From assembly GCA_964016885.1 (NCBI GenBank), contig OZ024741.1, positions 383,718,001-383,782,000 on the forward strand: a stretch of DNA of 64,000 bases, written 5' to 3'. The notes under the pieces were generated by a model that was not told the origin of the DNA, made no database searches, and worked only from the letters and a program-made list of their open reading frames with translations. Shown in pieces: positions 54,997 through 64,000 of the stretch. The translations under genes and the position numbers were made by a program. How positions within the stretch are numbered: position 1 is the first letter of the stretch; each line of letters begins with the position of its first letter. The stretch comes from Eledone cirrhosa (lineage: Eukaryota).

Positions 54997-57470
54997 GTTT
55001 GCTCGATTGTTCGGGGGGGGGGGGAGTGGTGGGTCAGAGACGGTAGTGGACTTCAGTCCCTACCTCGACGGCTTGCCACGCCTCTGGACGGCCGACGCTG
55101 AGTGCTGCGAAAGGCCGATAACTTCAACCGAAATTCAGGATTCTCTTGTCGGCTGCGCGAGGCGCAAGTCACCCAGTTTGAATGGTCTACCCTACGAGCT
55201 TTACGAAAATATACCACACTTGTTCTCCGATTTCCTCGAAGCGCTCTACTGCAATTCGCAGAAGAACGGGAGTATTCCCAGTTCTGTGAGCCGGGGCGTA
55301 GTGACGCTGATAAAGAAAGACGAGAACAATAAGGATACATTAGATAACTTCAGGCCCATAACTCTGCTCAATACAGAGTTTAAGATGTTGGCCAAGGTGT
55401 TAGCGAAGAGGCTGGCGCTTGGCGTCGAGGATTTGGTTGGGGGGGGCGCAAACTTGCGCAATCCCGACCAGGTCCATAGACGATAACCTCGACTTCATGC
55501 GATACTTCATAGAGATGGTAGAGTGTAAACCTGGCTTCGGTGCGGATCTGATCAATTTAGATCAATCGAAAGCATTCGATAGGGTCCACCATCGGTACCT
55601 GGAGGCTATCCCCAAGGCAGCTGGCTTCGGCCCCGTCTTCAGAAGCTCGATCGCTGCAATGGACAGCGGTATCTGCTCGGTGGTCAAAGTTAAGGGCAAC
55701 CTCTCGGAACCGTTTCAGATCTCTCAATCGGTCGGTCAAGGGTGCCCTCTCTCCTGCCTTCTGTACGTATTGACTCTCGAGCCTTTACTGTGGAAGCTGG
55801 AGCTGTTGCGGAGTATCCCTCTCGAACCGAGACGCGGAAAGGCTGTGTCAGCTTATGCGGACGAAATCACTGTGATTGTGTTGGACACCTTGGAAATCGA
55901 GGTAGTCGGCACCTTATTGGAAGAATATTAAAGGTTGACGGGAGCAAAACTTAACCCTGAAAAGTAGTTGGGCTTGCAACTCGGCACCTGAAGAGGCAAG
56001 TTCATGCCGTCCAACAGTGTCGCTGGGCGCTGGACGGACGGACCGGTAAAGTTTCTCGGGGTTTGGTTCGGGCCAGATCTCCAGAAGGATAATAATTGGG
56101 ACGATGTGACGGGCAGGATAGCCAATCTCACCCAAAAATGGGCAGCGAGGAAGCTATCCCTGAAAGGTCGGGTGGAGGTGGCAAATGTGTACATCGCGTT
56201 CGTCATCGACTACCGCCTAAACGTCGTGCCTTGCCCCGTCCGCCCCTCGCCAACTTGGAACGGCGCCTCTTCCCATTTTTGTGGAGGGGACAGGTTCCGT
56301 TGGTGAGGCGGTCCATCTGTTGAAGCACCCTATACGCGGAGGGCTGGGTATGCCGTGGCTAATGATGCTCAGACATGGGCTGAGGCTCGGTCATCTCCAG
56401 ATATTCTGCCTAAACGGTGAACATGATGGTCGCCGTTTGTCGGACGGGTCATTCCGCAGCTCGTCTCTTTGACTGAGCTGCAATCCTGGGTCAAGAAGAG
56501 ACCGAGACTGGCTGAGTGGCATCTGGAATGTTGCCAGGCACTCACTGCCCTCTACCAGGCGGGAAATGCGGTCAGTGGAACTTCCACTCTCGAGTTCTAT
56601 AGAGGATTAGTGGTGGGCAATTGCGATGTCGCACACGGAGAGATTCTGGGCGTCGACAAAACCGAACTAACCAGTCTGTTCCGGAGGACTTTCGAGCCGG
56701 GGATGATGGATAACTTCCAAAAATCCCTCGCTTGGCAGTGCTACCGGGGGGGGGGCACTGCCGGTTTGAGATGAACTCTACAGGTACGGAAGTGCTGTCA
56801 GATGGACTAGCCTGAGATGCGCGCAGTGCGACGAGACCGTTCTGCACGCACTCATCCAGTGTCCATGCATTACTGACTTGTGGTGTTATGTCGAACAGCT
56901 GTTGTCGTGTGTAGAACGGATCCGGCTATAGTCCATATCCATAGTGAAGATCGACCCGCCGCCTTCTTTTGTCCAGGAAGGGCAGGCAATTTTCCTCTGT
57001 CTTGTTGCAGTAGTGAAAGATGTATGGTGGACCAGGTTGAAAGGACTGAAGACAGACCCTTTTCTCTTCAGCCAATCACTCATCAACTTTTTCAAGTTTC
57101 ACTTGGAAAGGAAGTTGAGGGTGGATAGAGAAGGCTGCCCCCCCCCCCCCCCCCACCAGTACATTTTTGCTGAAAGGTGGGTGGCGAGAATGGCCCGTGT
57201 GAGCTTACTTTGATCATGCGCCTGTAGGCTGGTGAATTTTAAGGAGAGGGGTGCCCATTCCGGGTGCTCACGAAGCGTTGAGAGGTTCAGGATTGGTGGG
57301 GCACCTGAATCAACCCTGGATGGTTATCCCCCCTATTGGTGAATTTTCATTGTTGTATTTTTCTTGTTTATTGTTATTGTTTTTCTATTTTTTACTCGAA
57401 TTTTGTGTAAAACCCCCACTGTCTTCTTCTATTGTATTGTCCCCTATATGTTGGCTCTTTTGGCCAGTAA
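54997..57470 (+). mobile_element. 5'-truncated, degraded Tx1/L1-type LINE related to 3724-7592
   Basis: DNFRPITLLN, DQSKAFDRV, QGCPLS, YADE; several stops and frameshifts; similar 3' end. Confidence 0.9.
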
Positions 57471-58404
57471 ATCAGCTAGCCAGCAAATGTCAATATAATA
57501 CTGAATATTAGCGAAAAGTAGAATATTTATGCTGACTTAATGAGGAGTCACAAAGACTATACCTTTATATTTGTACCTGAGATCATTAGGACACTTGGAT
57601 ATGATACTAGTTCAGTACAAATCTTGCGAAGCTGGGCTTCACAAAACCGGAAAGGAAAGGAGCCTATCTCAGAAACGGTCAAAGGAAACTAACTATCCCT
57701 ATTTCTATTGCTGGTATTAACTGCCTGTCAGAAAGAGGATGGATATGATCTCAGCGCTCTCACGACAGGATCAAATACTGGGTCTTTAATTATTCTGCCA
57801 ATCTACCGGCCCCAGAATGGTACTTTAGCTATCGAACTCGAATGGATAATAGGAGAATATTCCTATTGCAGTATTCGAACTTGGAATGCAGAGACCCGGA
57901 ATAGATATCGACGCTTTAACAACTCTGCCAATTCACCGCAGAAATTAAACCAAGCCCCCACATATTGAAATACATATATATACATATAGAATACACTTCA
58001 TCGCTGAATTCATTGTTTCTGGCGTGGAAGCGTATGAACACATGACATCCTCGTGAGTATGCTTGCAAATAAAGTATATGTGCGTTACGTTTTATACACC
58101 ATCCTTTATAAGTTGATTCTCAACTCTATTTTTAACATTGGTTTCGACAATTAGAGCACGTTCGACAATTCAAGCACATTTTTTCTTATTGACTTTTGTT
58201 GATTATATAAAATGTTTGTATTCCAGATATTTCGGTTCTCCCAACACCAGATCACTCTGAACCACAGTGTACACAGGTTTATGATTCTCTTTGCAACACC
58301 ACTAACAAAAGCAGTATTTCATCATAGACATCTACTATGATCATCTGACTACCAGAAGTACAATACGTCCAGGGTTATATATATATATATATATATATAT
58401 ACAC

Positions 58405-58976
58405 TACACCAATTAAACAAAGTCACAGGTATATATGTGTTTTGGCAACTATTCACGATGTGGCTCAATGAAGAATTAATAAATTAAACAATCAGAGCAA
58501 AATACTATATAGTAAAGCATGTCCAGAGAATTATTTGATAATATATATACATCATCTCTACTCCCAATCAGCATAATTAACCACACAAAAAATCAATTAG
58601 ACCAGGCTATAAGAATAAAAGGCACCTTTGAAGAAACAGTAAATAAATACGCCACAGCAGCGTCTTCGCGTGCAACCGCTATAGAATATTTACCCAACAT
58701 TTCCACAGCACGTGGAAATTAATTAAATATACGGTCAACAATACATAATTAGGTAAAATTAAAGTTAGAAATGCTTATATACATACCAGGATTAAATCAC
58801 TAAATCCCGACCCATGGGTTTCGCTCACTTTTGAGATACCTTATTAAGGATGAATCTCGAGTTTAGAGCTCTTCAGGGGACAAACTCGCTAGGACAGATT
58901 ATTTTTCGAAGTGGCCCCCGCCAAACACGAATTCAAAATGGTTGAGAACTGTGACGTGGCAGTGGTCAAGTCAGGA
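58405..58976 (-). mobile_element. ~690 nt HHR unit family, copy C (different permutation from copy A)
   Basis: Begins with the sequence that ends copy A, then runs into the sequence that begins copy A; abuts (TA)n. Confidence 0.85.
58804..58881 (-). ncRNA. Type I hammerhead ribozyme motif
   Basis: GTCCC-CTGAAGA-GCTC...GAGC-GAAAC-CCATGG-GTC-GGGAT. Confidence 0.88.
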
Positions 58977-59373
58977 TGGTTAATTTATCTGGCAATAAAT
59001 GTTTATCATTGATTGATTACAAATACAGATATAACTATATATATATAGTCTATCAAAGTTCTTTCGTCACACATCTGCAACATCATCAGTGGTACTATTA
59101 TGTTCCCTCCCGTTGTATTGTAATGCTTACGCCATTTTTATTTTATTTATATATATATATACAAATAAAATATAGAGTTATTAACTCATATTGATACCCT
59201 GCAATTAACAACCTCAAAGTATAAATACTGAGCATTATAATATTAATATATGTAGAAATATACACAGTAAATTCTGCGTCTAAAATTACGAGGGTAGATT
59301 ATACCACTAATGTTTTATGTATTTAAACTGAAGCATACAGTAAGATACAAGATTTCCTATACATACCGATTTC

Positions 59374-59463
59374 ATCTCTCGGACAGACTAAAGATTTAAT
59401 CTGTTTCGCCCTGAAAATTGTGTTTGTAACAGATAATCCTTAGGCATTTCATCAGCGAGAGAT
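59374..59463 (-). ncRNA. Hammerhead ribozyme motif with long stem III
   Basis: ATCTCTCG-CTGATGA-AAT-GCC...GGC-GAAAC-AGATTAAATCTTTAGTCT-GTC-CGAGAGAT; perfect 8 bp stem I. Confidence 0.8.
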
Positions 59464-59710
59464 TAGATTAAATGAAACAAAACGCATCTAACAAGAAACT
59501 CACGGAAGTAAATAATGTACCTAGTGGGTTGAAAGCTATACGTGGTGTGAGTGGTTATGCTAGAAATAATACTCTAATTACACTCATCTTATAAGCTCAC
59601 CAGATAGGGAACCGAAATACAAATAAAATATAGAGTTATTAACTCATATTGATACCCTGCAATTAACAAGCTCAAAGTATAAATACTGAGCATTATAATC
59701 TTAATATTAA

Positions 59711-59895
59711 GGGCGGTGAATTGGCAGTATCGGTAGAGGGTTGGACGCCATGCTTTCTAGCATAGTTACGTCCCTTTACAGTGTGAGTTCAAATCCCACC
59801 GAGGTTCACTTTGCCTTTCATCCTTACGGGGTCGATAAAATAAAGTACCAGTAATGTACTGGGTAATTGCTGGCCTTGTGCCTCAAGTAGAAACA
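59711..59895 (+). mobile_element. Same ~190 bp SINE family, with ~16 bp target duplication
   Basis: Similarity to 22134-22323; ATTATAAT(C/A)TTAATAT on both sides. Confidence 0.82.
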
Positions 59896-60042
59896 ATTAT
59901 AATATTAATATATGTAGAAATAAATTATAATATTAATATTAATAACAATTATAATATTAATATATGTAGAAATAAACACAGTAAAATTATAATTTTAGAC
60001 GCAGAATATACTGTGTTTATTTTACTGTGTTTATTCTACATA

Positions 60043-60093
<51 letters not shown>

Positions 60094-60127
60094 TATAAAA
60101 ATGGCGTAGGCATTACAATACAATATA

Positions 60128-60174
<47 letters not shown>

Positions 60175-60182
60175 ATATATAT

Positions 60183-61284
60183 ATCACCTTGACTGACCAG
60201 TCTATCGGGCGTCCATTCGGCGCTGCTGGTCACATTCCTCTCTGGATCGTGCTTTCCTCATCTATGTAGTCCCAATCGTATTCCGAAAATCGTAACTCCA
60301 CCTTCGTGGAGGCTTTCCGAGTGGTCGTTTCCGCTCGCGTGGGTACCACTCGGCAAGTGCGCGGGTCCACCGATTATCGGTGAACCGGGCGACGTGTCCA
60401 GCCCATCTGAACTTTCTGCGCATATATTCCATGACGTCCCTCACGCCGGACTTCTGCCTGATGATTTCGCTCCTGGTGTGCTCTCACAAAGAGATTCCTA
60501 GCATTGATCTCTCCATGGCTCTTTGATCCATTACCAGCCTCTGCTCTTCTGCCTTCGTTGGAGCCCAAGTTTCACTGCCATATAACATTGCAGGTAAAAC
60601 TGTGCTAATGAAGAGGTTAGCGCCGGTGGTCTTGTCCAACCTCCCCTTGAGCACATCCCTTATGCCGTTGAACTCCTTCCATCCGGCCCTTACTCTCCGC
60701 GAGATCTCACGCTCAATGTCTCGGCGCATGTTCACTTCTTGTCCTAGGTAGACGTATTCCTCCACCTCCTCTATTTCATCACCGCCAACCACCATTCGAC
60801 TTGTTGGCACGTTGTCGGACCGCATGAACTTCGTTTTCATGCGGTTTATCTTGAGCGAACGAAAGAGTACAAGATGCCTCTTTGCGTCGCGGTCGTAGAC
60901 TACGAGAAAGCCTTCGACAGCGTCGAAATCAACGCAGTGCTGAACTCGCTGCAGAGGCACGGATTCGAGGCGCAATATGTTCAACTGCTCAGGGACGCGA
61001 GTTATGGATGCACCACCGACATAGCTCTTCTGTCATCATCCGTACGAGTGCCGGTCGAGAAGGGTGTGAAGCAAGGTGATACGATCTCTCCAAAACTTTT
61101 CACAGCGTGTCTTTAGCAGATCATCAGAGGCATTGACTGGCAAGGCCGTGTCAACATCAACGGCGAGATACTTACCCACCTCCCTTTCGCTGATGACATC
61201 GTACTCATCGCTGAAACCACAGATCTGCTTCAGACCATGCTGACGCAGCTCGACATTAAAAGCTCTGCAGTAGGCTTCAAGATA
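60183..61284. mobile_element. 5'-truncated RTE LINE with inverted 5' segment (60183-60854 minus; 60855-61284 plus)
   Basis: Plus: DYEKAFDSV, GVKQGDTISP, FADD...VGFKI; minus: LKINRMKTKFM, YVYLG, RWAGHVAR. Confidence 0.88.
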
Positions 61285-61323
<39 letters not shown>

Positions 61324-61409
61324 TTTAATTAAATATTTAGCTCTGTAACTTACATAGAGCACGCTTCATTCCATTGACTTTTTCAATTTTCAACGGAAAC
61401 TTCAATACT

Positions 61410-61443
<34 letters not shown>

Positions 61444-61837
61444 GTAATAATAATAAATTTGAAGACTAAAATCCAAAGAGGGCTCGATAAGGATAAATAT
61501 ATATCAAATATATAAGAACCGTAGGGCAAATATTTATTAAAATAACAGATTAAAGTTTAAGCAAAGAATCGCTGCTTTCACCCTTAACGGGTTCTTAAAT
61601 AATAATCAACTGTGAAAATTGTAAACTTGACTGTCACCACAGCATATGAACCTGAAGATTGCGAAAGCGTATAAAGTACTTGTTCAATTAACACTTAACA
61701 TTTAATATTTTACCATACTATTTCATTATAATATCATTATAATTTTAAAGGATTGTAAATAAAACGTGTATATCAGACACATTTGGAATTCCTTTTATTA
61801 ATATAATCTTCTATACACAATCATACACACCCGTGTA

Positions 61838-61930
<93 letters not shown>

Positions 61931-61966
61931 ATGTGTGTGTATGTGTGTCTGTAGTGTTTGTGTGTA

Positions 61967-62001
<35 letters not shown>

Positions 62002-62017
62002 AATATGTGTGTATATA

Positions 62018-62055
<38 letters not shown>

Positions 62056-62213
62056 TATATATCATATATTTATATATATATATATATATATGATTATCAA
62101 TATATGGAAAAGAATGAAACGAAATTTCTTATACATACTTATATATATGAATACATATATATACATATGCATATATATACATATGCATATATATATACAC
62201 ATATATATATACT

Positions 62214-62249
<36 letters not shown>

Positions 62250-62254
<5 letters not shown>

Positions 62255-64000
62255 TAAGTGTAATGAATTCTTTTACAATGAAATTAGCTCAAAGAAAGAA
62301 ATATTTCTGAGCCGTATAAAACATTTAAATATAAATTAATATATATGATGAAACACAAATACCAACATATCTGTAATTATATTGTAAAAGAAAATTTAGT
62401 TAGCTAGAATGAAGTATACTAATTATAATATTACAGTCTGCCCATATCGATTTAAAATAATAAATCAACAAAGACAAACAGTATTGCCAAATGGCCTTGA
62501 TGTTTAGACACATTTAAATTTCAAAATAAAACCTGTTCCGTAGATAAGTTTAAACTTTAAAATCCAAATATGTTTCGAGATAAAAGAAAGTGTAAGGATA
62601 TCATGTCCTGCTCTCTTCAGTAAACATCCAGGAACACATTGATATGCTTCACTTCCAAATATTTTAAAAGACTGTGTAACGCACATGGTTTACAGTTTCT
62701 AGCTAGCCTCATAACCGTACTGCTAGAAATAACAGCCGTATATATGAGGCTACTTTCAGCTCAACCTAAGGAGCAATAATATTAAGTGGAATGAATTCGT
62801 TTACAATGAAATTAGCTCAAAGAAAGAAATATTTCTGAGCCGTGAAAAACATTTAAATATAAATTAATATATATTATGAAACACAAATACCAACATATCT
62901 GTATTTATATTGTAAAAGATAATTTAGTTAGCTAGAATGAAGTATACTAATTATAATATTACAGTTTGCCCATATCGATTTAAAATAATAAATCGACAAA
63001 GACAAACAGTATTGCCAAATGGCCTTGATGTTTAGACACATTTAAATTTCAAAATCAAACCTGTTACGTAGATAAGTTTAAACTTTAAAATCCAAATATG
63101 TTTCGAGATAAAAAAAAGTGTAAGGATATCATGTGCTGCCCTCTTCAGTAAACATCCAGGAACAAATTGATATGCTTCACTTCCAAAAATGTTAAAAGAC
63201 TGTGTAACGCACATGGTTTACAGTTTCTAGCTAGCCTCATAAACGTACTGCTAGAAATAACAGCCGTATATATGAGGCTACTTTCAGCTCAAACTAAGGA
63301 GCAATAATATTAAGTGGAATGAATTCGTTTACAATGAAATTAGCTCAAAGAAAGAAATATTTCTGAGCCGTGAAAAACATTTAAATATAAATTAATATAT
63401 ATATGATGAAACACAAATACCAACATATCTCTATTTATATTGTAAATGAAAATTTAGTTAGCTATAAGGAAGTATACTAATTATAATATTACAGTCTGCC
63501 CATATCGATTTAAAATAATAACTCAACAAAGACAAAGAGTATTGCCAAATGGACTTGATATTTAGACACATTTAAATTTCAAAATCAAACCTGTTCCGTA
63601 GATAAGTTTAAACTTTAAAATCCAAATATGTTTCGAGATAAAAAAAAGTGTAAGGATATCATGTTCTGCTCTCTTCAGTAAACATCCAGGAACAAATTGA
63701 TATGCTTCACTTCCAAATATTTTAAAATACTGTGTAACGCACATGGTTTACAGTTTCTAGCTAGCCTCATAACCGTACTGCTAGAAATAACAGCCGTATA
63801 TATGAGGCTACTTTCAGCTCAACCTAAGGAGAAATAATATTAAGTGTAATGAATTCTTTTACAATGAAATTAGCTCAAAGAAAGAAATATTTCTGAGCCG
63901 TGTAAAACATTTAAATATAAATTAATATATATTATGAAACACAAATACCAACATATCTGTATTTATATTGTAAAACAAAATTTAGTTAGCTAGAATGAAG
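62250..64000 (-). repeat. Tandem array of 528-530 bp units (at least 3.3 copies, runs off the window), one HHR-like motif per unit
   Basis: AAATTAGCTCAAAGAAAG at 62281, 62809, 63337, 63867; starts directly after a TA-rich tract. Confidence 0.93.
62542..62629 (-). ncRNA. Hammerhead-like motif (also 63070-63157 and 63600-63687)
   Basis: GGATGTTTA-CTGAAGA-GAG...CTC-GAAAC-ATATTTGGATTTTAAA-GTT-TAAACTTATCT. Confidence 0.7.

Larger units (their letters stand above)
59159..60046 (-). mobile_element. 458 nt HHR unit present ~1.25 times, interrupted by a SINE, with a short inverted arm at 59990-60046
   Basis: ACAAATAAAATATAGAGTTATTAACTC at 59161 and 59619; TA tracts on both sides. Confidence 0.8.

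Noticed and set aside
61190-61220. CTGATGA...GAAAC hammerhead-like string
   Set aside because: It is the ADD..AET coding sequence of the RTE RT and the flanking stems do not pair
62504-63744. Three repeated 60 aa ORFs, and the 67 aa ORFs at 30893 and 58519
   Set aside because: By-products of repeated non-coding units with no domain features

Overview
AT-rich, microsatellite-dense eukaryotic DNA, probably from an invertebrate; the SINE and microsatellite make-up is Octopus-like (inference, not verified). I recognise no host protein-coding gene, and most ORF-track entries are microsatellite or antisense artefacts. The window is mostly retroelement remains: two large Tx1/L1-type LINE copies, several RTE fragments and internally deleted RTE-like elements, CRE/R4-like endonuclease fragments, tRNA-derived SINEs, and a 7.3 kb head-to-head inverted Penelope-like element (PLE) with Naiad-type motifs. 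The main unannotated signal is a dense set of type I hammerhead ribozyme (HHR) motifs read by eye, about 18 motifs in about 9 unrelated sequence contexts. Most lie in non-coding units of about 430, 458, 529 and 650-690 nt. These occur as greater-than-unit-length or circularly permuted copies, usually end at (TA)n on the 3' side of the ribozyme strand, and often form head-to-head inverted pairs. I infer retrozyme-like circular RNAs mobilised by PLE machinery through priming on (TA)n; this has not been tested.
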